DNA of 63,976 nt, filler included, from Trypethelium eluteriae (taxonomy: Eukaryota), in assembly GCA_051942245.1 (NCBI GenBank). It is 4 parts of 4 records of this genome, joined end to end, with 100 filler letters (N's around TTAATTAATTAA, not from the genome) between each part and the next. Parts side by side here need not be neighbours in the genome. Positions count along the whole stretch, not along the records: positions 1 to 16,865 come from JAVECL010000610.1; positions 16,966 to 33,820 come from JAVECL010000611.1; 2 more parts are not named here. One strand, 5' to 3'. Shown one piece after another: positions 10,833 through 24,200 of this stretch; position 1 is the first letter of the stretch, and every line of letters starts with the position of its first letter. A program made the translations under genes and the position numbers. A model generated the notes under the pieces. That model made no database searches. It was not told the origin of the DNA and saw only the letters and a list, made by a program, of their open reading frames with translations.

Positions 10833-13800
10833 ATGTCTCGAGCGGTGCAGGATCAGTTCATCGACGATGACGAGGAGGAGACATGTCCACTCTGTGTCGA
10901 AGAGTTCGATCTTTCCGATCGCAACTTCAGACCATGTCCCTGCGGTTATCAGGTACGCCTCAGCAGCCGATATGCTTTCCACCAGTACATCTGCAAATTT
11001 TGTCCTGTGCTGACGTGCGACTAGATTTGCCAGTTCTGCTACAACAATATCAAGACAACGATGAATGGCTTGTGTCCTGCCTGTCGACGGCCGTACGATG
11101 ACAAGAACATCGAATGGAAGGTCATCAGTCCTGAGGAGTAAGTTGTGCCTGCTTCACGTCACTTCGGAACGCCCTTCCTGCGCATTTCATTCAGCTATAC
11201 TAACATATGATAGGATGGCAAACTACAAGGCTGATATTGCGAACAAAGCCAAGAAAACTGCGGCTGCCCGACAAAAAGAAGCACAGAAGCGGGAGGCCGA
11301 TTCCCTCAGCCGGAAACATCTGGCAGGGCTACGCGTGGTCCAAAAGAATCTCGTTTACGTCACAGGACTACGACCTTCTACACGCGAAGATCTCCTCCTG
11401 CAAACCCTGCGAGGTGACGAGTATTTTGGCCAATACGGTAAAATAGTGAAGATCGTCGTGAGCAAGCCCAAAGGCAACGCACAAGGTCAAGAATCCGTTG
11501 GCGTTTACGTGACCTTTGCCCGTAAAGAAGATGCAGAAGCCTGCATAGCGGCTGTTGATGGAAATGTGAATAACGGCCGAACGCTTAGGTCAGTTCCCTC
11601 CTGTCACATTGTGATTGCCTTTGCTGAAATTCACAGGGCGCAATACGGAACAACTAAGTATTGCTCTGCTTATCTCAGAAATGAGACATGCAATAATCGG
11701 AACTGCATGTTTCTTCATGAGCCAGGCGAAGATAACGAGAGCTTCACTCGTCAAGACTTGTCATCAATGAATGTGATCTCCACACAGCAGCCCGCATCGA
11801 GTCACGCTTCCTCGTCAAGACCTCCTCAACCACAACCTCCGCCCCAACACGCTCAGCCTGTCGCATCTGCGACCCAACCCATGAGCCGGCAAGGCAGTAG
11901 AGAAACACCTCAGAGTCCAAGTGGAAGTAACGATGGACCGGCATTACCGTCACATGCAAGCTGGGCACACAAAGCAAATCAAGTCCAACAGGATAAGAGC
12001 AGCAGCGGAGTTCCGAGTGTTACTGATGCCAGCCCCGCAATCTCACACGCCGGTCCAGCACAAAGTAGCGAAGCTTTTGCCTCGACTGATATTGATTCGA
12101 GCTCGGGTATAGGACAAGAGCAGCCTAGCCCCTCCACCCAGTCTGAAGAACAAGATCAGCCAGTCCCTCGAGCATCAGTGAAGGGCGATCGGCAAGTCAC
12201 CTCGATTTTGAATGACCTAGTTCGCACGCTGGTCAACGCAGACTTGACTTTCAACTTCTCTACCGCCCATATTCCCGAGGAAGATCTACCGATAATAGAG
12301 AATTTTCCTCCTCTGTTTGATGCAAAGGGTGGTGAAAGGCGACGGCTTCTACGGCAGCAACAAGAAGAGCAACGCCAGCGGCATGAACTGGAGGCTCAAA
12401 TCGCTTTGCAAGCAGTTGCGGCCACCGAACCCGAAGAGAACCCTGAAAGTGGTAGTTTGCAATTGGGGGGTGAGCCAGAAGATCAACAGGATATGAACAT
12501 AAATCAGCGCCATCAGACTGCGATTCAACCGCCTTCTCAGGCAAACCTCGATAGTAATTTTCTCTCGGGTGGGCTTGCTGGTCTAAATCTTAACCGAAAT
12601 CCTCCGTCCCAACCTCAAGATTACCAACTTCTCCAAGGTCTCAAGCCAAATAATCCCCAGGCCAATCTCCTTCTGAACTCGTTCCAATCCGGTCAGGCCC
12701 AGCAAAATAATACATTCCCGAATTTGAATCAACATCCTGGGGGTGCACCTGGCCATGCAAGGCAATCATCAAAATTCAATTTCGGTGGTGATAATACAAC
12801 TTCCAAAGGAGCGCCGCACGGCAAGACGATGAATCAACAGCCGTCTTTACTTTCTCCAGCGGGCGGCTCGCATCTTAATCAACATCAGGGACTCGGAAAT
12901 CAGTTCTTCAGCACGGTGCAGGGACCTCCACCAGGCCTCAAAACCACTGGCACTCCTCCTGTCAGTGGAGGAGGCATGTTTGGACAAGGTCACGGCTTTG
13001 CAAATAATGCTCTTGGATTCAGTGCCGGTCTTGCGGGGCGAAACTCTAATGACGAGTATTTCAACGACCTTATGCGGGGTGGACGCGGTCGTACGAACAC
13101 GGGCGGTCCGATTGAAGCCGGCAAGCGTGAGTCTCACTTCCCTTCTTTTCTCCATCAACACCCACAAGCCTCTACCCCTGCTCCTGCCCCTGGTCTCTTG
13201 AGCTTCCAGTACGGACCTCAATCTGGGCCACTCCATGATTCTGGACCCCAGAAGCCGAAGAAAAAGGGGAAGAAGCACAGACATGCTAACACTTCCTCCT
13301 CTGGAGGAGGTGGTGTAGTTGATGTTGCGGACCCGAGTATTTTGCAGGCGAGGTTACACTCAAGTGGTGCCACCGGAGGCCAAGGACTGTATGGTGGTCA
13401 GGGGCAAGGTGGGTTCAATTCCATGATGTACGGTGGTGGTGGATTTGGTCGATACTAGCACACTTTCGTTTCCTCTGCACATATTGTTTTATCCTACTGC
13501 TGGCCATGACGCTGTTCCTCTACAATTTTCATATGCGGTGTTTTGTTGGTTGAGGAGAAGCATTGGCAGACCCGAGCTCATCCAGTCATCGGTTGCCTTC
13601 GGAGTTTTTCATCTTGATACTCAGATCTCTCCATGTGTTTGGCACTCTTATGCGGCAAGGAGTTACAAGGCACCTCAGGCGGGGATTTTCATTACACTCA
13701 CGCATGCAGCGAGTCTTCCCAGGCCTTAACGGAACGATCTAGCTATGTGGGAATAATTCAACGGCGCATTTTCTTCTTCTCCGTCATGGCCATCAGACGT

Positions 13801-16344
13801 GTATGTAAAAGAACCCGTCTCGCTGAATGAGGAAAAGCGTGGCGAAATCGACAAATTTGTTTTTCTAGATCGTCTCCACATCATGTAAAACGATGGCTTA
13901 GATGAAGACATGTTTACAGGCATGACGTGTGATGCAGCTGCTCTGCCTCAAGAGCGGCTCCTGCATAAAATCGTCTTTCGTCTTTTTGATTTCTCGATAC
14001 GCAATTCGCTTTCCCACCACCCATACATTGCTTTCGAATCACTTGCTGATTCAGTCATCATGCAGATATGCCCAATCATGCTCTTGCAGAGTCAAGCCGA
14101 GCTGGGAAAGATCATGAGAGTCCTGCTACATCCTCCATCCTCCCAGACTCGAGAATACCTCCAACCGATGTCCTGCAGGGCCTCGAAGATAGCGGCCGGT
14201 CGACTCCTGCACTACCGCCTGGTCTTCCCATACCTGCCAATATGGCTTCCGACCTGCAGAGATCGTCTAGTCCAGCCCAGCGACCTTTCCAAGCAATTAC
14301 ACCTGCAGTACCCATCCTTCCGTCACAATCATCCCGTACTAATGCACCTCCACGAACAATGGTGAAGGATAACGAGAAGGCACCCGAGCATAGTATCGAT
14401 GCCGAGGATTCCAACGATACTTCTACCAAATCTGTGTCCAAAGTTACAAAATCTCAGACCCATGCGCATCCTACAAAGGAGCAGGCTAAACAGGGAGATT
14501 TGAGGGGACAAGATGCACAGAAGTCGATACCAAGCCACTCTGCTTCTGCTTCCATTGAAGCCACGGAAAGTACAATCAAGAAGCCAATGAAGCTCGAGCT
14601 TGAAGGCGCCTTGGCCGCCAAAGATGGCTCCAAGCACAAAGTTGGGGAGAGGAAATCATCCACGTCGAAAGATATGCCTAGTAAACTGGCCCGCCCTGGG
14701 ACACCTCCAAAGGAGCCCCTGAATAGAAGGCAACCACCAGGGAAGTTAGACATTCCTCCGATTTCCCAAACGTACGAAAATACTACAGCTCCTTATTCAA
14801 CCTCAACAAATGTTGAGACGCCGGAAAGGACATCCCACACAGCATCAGCGACGTCGGCCTCAGCTTCTCGACCAGGAACTCCTGCAGCAACGACAGATTC
14901 GCCCCTCAAGAAAGCGACTATCCCGAGAACACTTCGTGTATTATCCACTCCCAAAGCAGAAACGCCACCATCTGCCTCCACCACTGCGCATGGAATGCCT
15001 ACTGGCAAGGCACCTTCTCGTCAGCCTAGCGTTGTATCCATGAATAGATCCAACACACCGGCTAGCGAAATCATCTCGGAGCCCAATTCTATTACATCTG
15101 CTTCCCTGTCTCGAGCAAACTCGCCGCCTCCAGCTGCAAGTGTCAAAGTTGGTTCTGCACCTGTCAGAACTAAGACCAAGAGCCAGCTAAAGAAGGAACG
15201 GCAAGAACGTGCAAAGACTCAAGAACAAGAGAGTAAAGCAGGAGAGGTGACCCAGACTCCTGCTACCGAGGAACAAGCAGCAGCCCCATTGACTGGACGA
15301 AAGAAGAAGACCAAAAAAGAAAAGCAGTCCAAGACGACTGCTGCAAAGCCAACGTCTGCATCGAGTCGTCCACCTTCCCCATTACCGGAAGAAAAGTCTG
15401 AGGCTGGAAATCTTGTTGGAGCACAGAGTCCAACCCAGACTACAGAGCAGGAAGACACTTCTCTCAAGGCAGCAGACGAGCCAGCTGCAACAACAGATGA
15501 GCCCTCTTCTGCTCCTGTTAAGCGCGAAATCACTCCCGCTAGCGTCTTCGCTGACCTTCAAGCTTCCGGTTCCACCGTTCGCAGCTTACTGGAGCACTTT
15601 AAACCACTCAGCAGCAATACCAAAAATGACATTACTGCCGCCGACATAGCTGTTCGTGAGCGGCCTGTCTCCCTGTCCGAAACACATCGCGCCGCGCTTA
15701 CAGCCAAAGAGCCACTTCGGCTTGGTGGCGAAGACGGTCGTCTATGGTCTCGTACACTCGTCACTCCGTCTCAAAATATACTACGTTGTCTCAGCCGTGA
15801 GGAGGAGGATCGATACCTCGATCTTGAAATGCGAATTCGCGCTGGCGGCACTTCAATAAAGTTTGTACCGCAGCGGAAAGGCAACGCTAGTATGGAAACA
15901 CAGTTGCCATCTGTAACGGATTTCCTGGTAGATCATGCTCGAGAGACCCCATTGAATCCTTTGATCGAAGGTCGAGATGGCAGCACGGATGATGCAATGA
16001 TGTATCTCAATCAAATGGTTCCGCCAATGCTGCCTGCTACTGGCGCAACAGGCACCAACAACGCAGACTACCGCCCTTCTTACTCCTCCACGACGAACAC
16101 AAGTGGAGGATCTTTGCCTCGCTTGGACTTCGCTGGTATGCCTGATCCTCTCGGTGGAGTGCCTGGCAATGCTCCCCTTACTGTCGATGCAAGTGTGGGG
16201 AGAACAGCACAAATCCCACCAGTGAGCGTTAAGGAGGCTGAAAGCGCCTGGGTGGAGAGCAAGAAGAAGACGGAACGCCTAGAGCGCGAGTTAAATGCGT
16301 TAATCAAGCGGAACCGGAAATTGCTGACTAGCACGGCCCATTGA
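10833..16344 (+). CDS. NOT4: CCR4-NOT E3 ubiquitin ligase Not4; exons 10833-10952, 11025-11137, 11214-11588, then 11637-13458 (short form, ~809 aa) or 11637-13408 + 14066-16344 (long form, ~1552 aa)
   Basis: C4C4 RING CPLCVEEFDLSDRNFRPCPCGYQ|ICQFC...CPACR; RRM RVVQKNLVYVTGL...YFGQYGKI...VYVTF; C3H finger GTTKYCSAYLRNETCNNRNCMFLH. Canonical introns at the 5' end. The 758-aa downstream ORF joins in frame via G|GTGGGT (13409)...TGCAG|AT (14065). Identity is certain; the long-form junction is inferred. Confidence 0.9.
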
Positions 16345-16865
16345 GAATATCATGTGCAGGTGCAGGTAGGCTGTGTGCAAAACCAGGAACAGCAAAACAG
16401 AGGAGAGAAACGAACAAGGCAGGGGCACAAGCAGGCACTGAAAAGAGAGATTAGCTTGGTCCCGGAGTGTGATCCCAACCAATCAGGCATGGACATGGAT
16501 GGATAGAAAGCTCGAGGGAATACGTGCACGCATGGCGCTGGCACCGGGTTTCATCTCATCACTCCTGGGATCATTGCATTGACGGTAGCTTACTGTAGAA
16601 ATAGCCAAGGACACACAAATCAGTTCATGCCATTCATTCGCAGATTTTCTGGGGTATTAAGTGGTGAATGATGTGGTAGACTCTGCTAGACCAGCACACA
16701 GTATCCCCATTTCACATCTTAATTTACATCCAGAGAATCCAGTCAGTCTCCAAAACCCAGATCTATGTTACACTGTCTTCAAATCTAACTGCCCTCCCCC
16801 TGCTATCCATACTCACCTCCACTCCCTTCCCTTCTTCACTCCTTCCACTCCGTCCTACCCAACCG

Positions 16866-16965
16866 NNNNNNNNNNNNNNNNNNNNNNNNNNNNNNNNNNN
16901 NNNNNNNNNTTAATTAATTAANNNNNNNNNNNNNNNNNNNNNNNNNNNNNNNNNNNNNNNNNNNN
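16866..16965. other. Artificial contig spacer (N44-TTAATTAATTAA-N44)
   Basis: Exactly 100 nt; the 12-mer gives stops in all six frames; identical to the other two spacers. Confidence 0.98.
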
Positions 16966-17586
16966 TCTTTTTATTATTAAGCAGCCCACTTTTTATCTTC
17001 TACAGTTTATACAATATTTTTAAAAGATAAAAAAAGTAATTTAACTTAAAAGAGAGCTGTATAATTTTAAAAAATTAAGCAACTTTAGCTTTAATTCTTT
17101 TAAAAACCTTTTACCAATCTTAATTATTTATATAATACTTAGGGAAAGTTATTAACTTCTGTACAAAAATAAAACCTTACTCCTTTTAAATAAATCCTTT
17201 AAGAGCATTATAATAACCAGTAACTGCAAAATTAAGATTAATTTAATTAATACTGCGCAGAAATAGCTTTATACAAAATTCCTTTATTATTAATTAAGTA
17301 AAAGGCTAAAGATATTTAATAAAAATAATAGCTACACCTTTTTTTATTTGCTTTTAATATTCTCTTAATTCCTGCAATAAGTAATAAACCAGAATGGGTA
17401 TTTTTTAATGTGTGTTATATAATTTCTTAGGATAAAGCACAGCTTAATCCAGATATTATTAAACTTTAAGAACTTTTAAAGGATTAGAAAAAATTAAATA
17501 TTTTAAAAAATTAATTATATAATTTAGAGTAAATTATCTCATACAATAACTTATTAAGGGGAGGAATTTTATTTTATTACAATAAT
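16966..17586. mobile_element. Very AT-rich, RIP-type degenerate repeat or transposon relic at contig end
   Basis: Abrupt switch to very low GC with abundant TpA, few CpA/TpG and no ORF; ends sharply at about 17586. Element family cannot be assigned. Confidence 0.65.
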
Positions 17587-17797
17587 TGTGTCGGCGCTGA
17601 CGATATCGGCGATATCGCGGTAATTTATCGTACGATAGGGCTTATCGTACGATACGTATCGCGCCTATCGTTGCCCAGTCTGGATGCCGCGATCTATCTT
17701 ATGCAAATTACCATTGCCACTCATCTTCAGATGGCTCTTATGGCCTATATAATAATCCTTTCTTAGACACATCTACCTCACAACTTTTCGATCGACC

Positions 17798-20233
17798 ATG
17801 GACTCTGCAGCGTCCTTGCGGAGCCAATCGCCAACAAAGCCCACCTTCGCTTGCGTCCGCTGCTCTGAGCGTAAAGTCAAGTGTGACAAGCAAAATCCAT
17901 GCAGTTCCTGTGTCAGACACAATGTGCAATGCATTTTTCGTCCACCAAAGCCATCTCGAAGGAAACAAAGGTTCTTGAAGGACGTCTTGGTAGACGAGCA
18001 ATTGAAGCGCTATGAAGCATTACTCCGAGAGAAAGGCATCGATCCAAACCAAGTAAAAGGCACTTCAGAACCTAAGCTTTATCCTAAAAGTAGCTCCAAG
18101 GTGCCAGAAACCGTTTGGCAGTTGCCGACGCCTGTCTCGACTGTTTCTGGACCACAAACAACAATCTTCAAGCCCCAAGTACTCCATGGTCAGGGAGGCA
18201 CAAAGCTTGTGGACAAGTAAGCAACATCTCCCAACCTGACAAACGAAGCTAAGTCTTTAACAGCAGTCTGTGGTCGAGGGTGTTAGAAGAGGTAAATGAT
18301 CCGTCCCCCAGCTATCACGGGCTCGACAGCCTGGCTCATTTGTAGGAGCTGACAGTATAGTCAGATCTACGATGCGGAAGACGCTCCGGAAGAAGACTCA
18401 GCTGATGATGATGAAAGCGACAATGGAGCATCCTATGACGATTTTGCTTATGTTCTCGGATGGAAGACGCCCGTTTCTGCATTCTCGCACCCGCCAGCCG
18501 GACACATTCATCAATTATGGCAGACTTTCATTGAAAACGTCAATCCTCTCTCAAAACTGGTGCACGTACCAAGCTTGCAGCCTGCGATAGAGAAAGCGAT
18601 CAACAATATCGAGCATATCCCACGAGGCTTTGAGGCGCTCATGTATGCCATATACAGTATGGCTGTCCTTTCTCTTACAGATGACGAATGCAACGAATTA
18701 CTCGGAGAGACTCGAACGATACTGCTTCCCCGTTACGTAGCTGCTACAAAGGCTGCGTTATCGCGTGCGAGATTCATGAGCAGCACTAGCATTGTCGTTT
18801 TGCAAGCATTGGTGCTTCATATCCTTTCTATCCGAGATGCCGGTGAGCCGCGTGCTGTGTGGAGTCTCACTGGGGCTGCGATCCGGATTGCAGAAGGCAT
18901 TGGTCTGCGCCTCGATGGTACATTACTAGGCTTATCACCCTTTGAAACCGAGATTCACCGACGCATCTGGTGGCAACTTAGGATGCACGACTTCCGCGCG
19001 GCAGAGCTTAGCGGTCAGGCCAAATTTCGAAACTTCGATCTCGACGAGACTACACCTAAGCAGCCAGCCAATGTCAACGATAGCGATTTGTATCCCGCGA
19101 TGCCGTATGCCGCTATTGAATCAACCAAACCTACAGAAATGATATGGATCATGTTCAGGTCAGACCTCTCAAGTTTCGCTGCAACTCAAAAAGTCAAAAT
19201 GCAAAAACTTGGCAAAGCAATGGCTACATCCGAGGAATATGTTGCCATGGATGATTTACAGATAAAGGATGGTTTTATCAAGAAGTTAGAAGACATGCTT
19301 GAGACAAAGTACTTGCGGTTCTGCGACCCGACTCAACCACTGCAACTTATGACTTCAATCAGCATTCGAGCTGCAATAAACCTCGTTAGTTTCCTGGCTC
19401 ATCATCCACGCAGATGGGCCCACTTGGATCAGGTCCCACCGGCTGAACAACAGTTGGTCTGGAACATTGTCCTTCAGCTTCTGGAGCAGTATAATATGAT
19501 ACAGACGCTACCGCAGATTCGGCGCTTTGGTTGGAGCATACCCTACTTCATCCAATGGCACGCTGTCATCCACGTTCTTGACACGCTCCGAGCCAATCCT
19601 CTCCACCCGGACGGTGTGAAGGCTTGGCGACTCATCGATGCCCTGTACGAGAACAATTCGGAGACCTTACTGGGCATCAATAGACCGATCTTTGTAGCAG
19701 TCGGAAATCTTTGTCTGAGGGCATACAGCGCTCGCATAGCCGCTCTAACAAAAGAGGCAAGGTATCCCTCCGATCCGCCGGCTTACATCACCAAGCTTCG
19801 GGAACAACGAGAAGCAGCCAAAGCGAGGAGAGAGGTATTGCCCGTAAGAGGCAAGGTACAGGAAGCTCTTAATAGTGAAACGATTTTGACGAAATCAGAC
19901 ACCGACGCGACATTACCAGATACAAGTCCGGAGTCAGTAGAAGCACTAGGTGCAGCTCAGCCGCAGCAACATCCAGCAGCAAAACGACCGCTAAATCCCG
20001 TCCAAAGCAGCGCACGGACTGGAGATGATACATATTGGCTCAGTGACGCTCTAGACAATGGCTTTGTAATTGATGGAGCAGAAGACATGATGAACCTGGA
20101 CACGGATGCCATTTTGGCTCAAGACAACTGGCTTGACACTTCCAACGACGAGGTCATTGACTGGGCGCAATGGGATGCTTGGCTTAGCAATATCAATCCG
20201 GTACGTCCGAATGTGGAAGGAGGGTCTGGATGA
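17798..20233 (+). CDS. Zn(II)2Cys6 transcription factor with fungal-specific TF domain (~771 aa); exons 17798-18216, 18264-18291, 18365-20233
   Basis: ACVRCSERKVKCDKQNPCSSCVRHNVQC binuclear cluster; middle-homology motifs LWQTFIENVNPLSKLVHVPS and AIRIAEGIGL...SPFETEIHRRIWW. Two GT-AG introns give 2316 nt in frame. Confidence 0.93.
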
Positions 20234-21263
20234 GGTCTTGCGCAAACGCTGGGACTCTAAAGAGAAGACCTAGAGCGACAAGCTCGTCGTCATATAAGAA
20301 AGGAATTGGTGTCAGATTTGTCTACCTCTAATTAGGCAAGTTTGGACTCCCTGACTCGCCACAAGACAGAGCTGAAAAATGCAGCAATTCTACCATCCAA
20401 GCACTTCGATACAGTTGCGATGGCTTTTGAACGTCTAGCTATGTATATTGATCACGTAATTCATCTTCAGCTAGACAAGTTCGTCGCCGCAACCAAATAG
20501 CACCCACGCCGCACATTGACCGCCGCAACCCACGCGACCGTTTCGTCCCACCAGGCTCCCTCTCAGCGCACGTACTTCCAGTAGGCTCGTAGGCTATTGC
20601 AGAGCAGATCCCGCAGCATTCATTCTTCTGCAGTCCTTGTCGATCTGCCCGGATTCGAAGCAACGGAAATATTGTCAACCCTGGAGATTCGCGTTGCACG
20701 ACTTGTCACGTTGCCGACTTTTTATTCGCGCGGACTTCCTCGACGATAGTGACTGTTCTTGATTTCTCGCATAGCGCCGTTGTTCTATCAGTGATCGCAG
20801 TTTCAATTGTCTAAATTCTGTGCACTCTAGTGATGCGCGCTCTCGTTGGTGTTTGGGTGGTGCAGACTCCGCCCAAGCCCGGCCTAACCAGCAGTCACCA
20901 TCAGCGCCGTCATCTCGCTGCGCCAGCAACGTCCGAACGATGTAAGATAGGTATCAGGTGAAAGAGATCGCGCCGTCTCCGAATTCTCTGTCAAAGGGTT
21001 CTTTTTTCCTTTTTCTTCCTGTTTTTGCTTTTCTAATTTGCAGTGATATTCAATACGAAGAACCTTCTATTTTCCTCAAGTATTTCGGGTCCTTTGAAAT
21101 GTGATCTTTTACAGCTGCTGTGGCATGTTGAACCCACTCTCCACAAAGTCCATTTCCGAATTCTTCAAAGGCAAGTATCAAGGAGACGCACTGTTGGAGT
21201 ACGAATATGCTTGCCAGGTAAGCCAGCTTATCTTCATAGGCAGGAGTGGCCGCGGGTGTCTTA

Positions 21264-24200
21264 TTAGCGAAGCAGTTTCTTCAAGTCTCCAATTGTGGAA
21301 ATCTCCAAGAAGAAAGAGTCTCTGATCTCGATCCCCAGCTCCTCTCGCAGTCTCTGAGACATGACAAGAGACATGAGGGAGTCGAGACCCAAGTCTGAAA
21401 TTTGAGCTTCATCCGTAAGAAGGCCAATATCAACAGCGAGCTCTTCGGCAACCAGAGTGAGGGCGCGGGAAGTAATGTCCGTTTTGCCTGAACCCACGCG
21501 AGGACCATCCGACGAATCTGTATTTTGGTCCGGCGGCGTTGTTGCGGCGGTCTGCATGTCCTGATCGGTTTGAGGGACTATGACTGGCGAGGAACCCAAA
21601 TCATCTGAGCTGCGCGTAGAGCTGGGTGGTGTAAAAGCAGGCACGGCACATGGGAGAGTCTTGCGTTCTGCAGGAATCCCCGCTGCCGCTTTCACCGGAG
21701 CATCTGGAGGCTTGAAGAAGCGATTGAGCATGACCCTTGGCCACTGCCGAAATAGAATGGCTTCCACAACACCAACAATCTCAGGACCCTGTAAAATATA
21801 CACATCTCCAACAAAACAGTGGCTTTCGGCAGGCACCATCCTCACATAAGCCATGTACCGACCACCAGGCGTCAGCGGCTTTGCGAAGCGCATCGACTTC
21901 CAGGATGGCGTGATGAAGAAGTTACTTGTGTTGTCGAAATGGGTACCGCCGTTCAAGATGAAACCTGACAGGGATACAAGGCCATCGACGAAATGGGGCG
22001 GAACGGTCCAATTCCCACCGGCATCCGGAGGAAATAGCACCTCAGCTACGGCCTCGTCCTCATTGAGGACCACCCACTGCATGGTCTGATACATCTTCGA
22101 GTATTTGACAAGTTTACCAAAGAGGCTGTAGGCAAGGTCTGTGGTGAGTTTGCTGGCTCTACCAGTGGCTGCCATATCGTTCAGAGCTTCAATACGACTT
22201 AATACTAGTTTTGCAGAGCGGGACCATGTGGACAACCACGACGAAGGATCCTCGTAGAAAATCGTGGCACGGCAATACCATAACTCCTTGGCGGGATTGA
22301 ACCATTTTACCTGGACCTCCATCTTATCCAGATCGGCCTCCGCGACAACTAGGATAGGCTGACCATCACTCGTGCTCCGTTGCTTGACGACAGGATCGTG
22401 GTACTCGAAATCTGCGACATTAATGCTAAGAGAAGCCGAGCTCGGGAAACTCTGGTTGCGGATGCGTCTCGCCAATGTGTATGCCATGTCTGCGTGAAGG
22501 AACTGCATAGTGTGAGAAAAATACTGTTCAAATGTTTGGTGACATTTCAGGATAGTCGTATTGACTTACAGAAGAGGCAACCCCGTAGCCATTCATAGCA
22601 TGTCCATCAACTACGTCTCGAAGCGACGGGTCAGTGATATTGGATTCAGTCGATAATTTGGCCTTGGATGCACTGTATTGCTCTGATGTGAGCCGGTGGA
22701 TGCTAGACGTCTGGAATCCCTTCACGCCTGGGGTGGGTGCGGACTCAGGTCCAGATCGTCCTTTGGTCAGATTCCATTCTCCGCGATACTGGATCCAGTA
22801 ATTCTTATTGTTCCACGCATATGTTGGGGTGTCGACTAGTCGGAGCGCCCGCTCGAAGGGACGGTGATATTCATTCCAGCCGAGGTCCATCCCGGCACTA
22901 TATAAGGCACAGAGCGCCTTCGTCAGGGTTGTCCAATTATCACTGTCTCGGTGTAAACTTGGATATACCGATCGAGTCGAAGGCAACGTTCGACTAATGA
23001 AACCGCAGCAGGTGGGATGGTGTCCCATCTCAAGCCAGATTGTGGAACTGGAAACCATGCCTGAGTCCCATGCAGCATTGAGAGCCCCGGCAAAATTCAC
23101 TGTTTCCCGAGTCGCAGCAGCTAGATACGACACATCGACCAAATCATTCGAGGTCAGTACTCTGGCATGGTGAGGGGAAATGATAGGAATACTAGGCTTC
23201 TTGCAGACAACCGCCTGGGTCTGTTTGACGAAAGAATTCAGGAGAACGTCCATCTGGCTGGTATGATAGGCATGTGCGACATCTAGTCGAACTGTTCTGT
23301 GACCAGCTGTAGTCAGAGCGGCAGAAAGGGCCTCCATCTCTGCTAGTGAGCCACCAACAACTGTTTCATTGGGGCTGTTGATGCAGGATACCTCGAACGG
23401 AACGCCACCTGCTGTCTGTGCGATATTGGCCACCGATGTGCGTATGGATAACATGCCATGGGTGTGAGATGTACATTTCGAGCTTAACAATGTGGCACGA
23501 GTACCGACGAGAAATATGGTAGCACTGTCAGAGAGAACACCTGCCACGTTCAGTGCCGCATATTCGCCCAAGCTATGCCCGATGACGACGCTTGGCTTGA
23601 TGCCAAATGATCCCCATAGCCGGGCCAAGGCGATCTCTACGCACACTATGGCCAGATGTATGGAAACCATTGAGATATCGTCAGCACGGTCGATGCCAGT
23701 GACAATGGATAGGAATGAGGAAAACTTCTGTCGCCGAGCAAGGCTATCAAGTTGATCGAGCTGCTTCCGGAACAAAAGAGAGTCTCGATACAACTGTGCG
23801 CCAATACCGATATAGAATGTGCCTTGCCCAGCAAAAGCAAAGGCCACTGGAGACTGTTTCCCAGAATTTGGTGCTTGGGTTAAAGAGGTTTCAATATGGG
23901 GTCGAAGTAGATCAGCAGCTTCAACTCGAGAGGTCGCGAGAATGGAGACCCGGTAGTTATAATGCATTTTCCGGGCCGACAGGGAGTACGACAAGTCTGC
24001 AATAGAGAGATCCTGTCGGGATTCGATGTACTCCACGAGACGTTTGATGTTTTCGTGTAGAGAAAGCGCTGACTTGGCTGATATGGGAATGACCTGTACC
24101 TGTCGTGGGTCCTCACCCGTTCTCGACCGCGGCGTCGCCTCTTCCACGATAATAGAGGTATTTCCTCCAGCGGCTCCGAAGTTATTCACCATAGCTAGCC

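Noticed and set aside
11589..11636. Second exitron candidate in NOT4 (48 nt, in frame, stop-free)
   Set aside because: Retention would insert 16 residues into the conserved TLRAQYGTTKYC junction; most likely an ordinary constitutive intron.
144..16334. Many overlapping and antisense ORFs in contig 1 (e.g. 144-695, 2396-2926, 12847-13284)
   Set aside because: Shadows of the real coding frames, expected from codon bias and low-complexity sequence.
16910..16921. TTAATTAATTAA palindrome, repeated at 33865 and 50804, as a biological repeat
   Set aside because: Centred in N runs of identical length each time; a six-frame-stop assembly linker.
20439..20929. Short minus-strand ORFs between the TF and the PKS as an extra cluster gene
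   Set aside because: No recognisable domain and no consistent splice model; may be a relic but unsupported.
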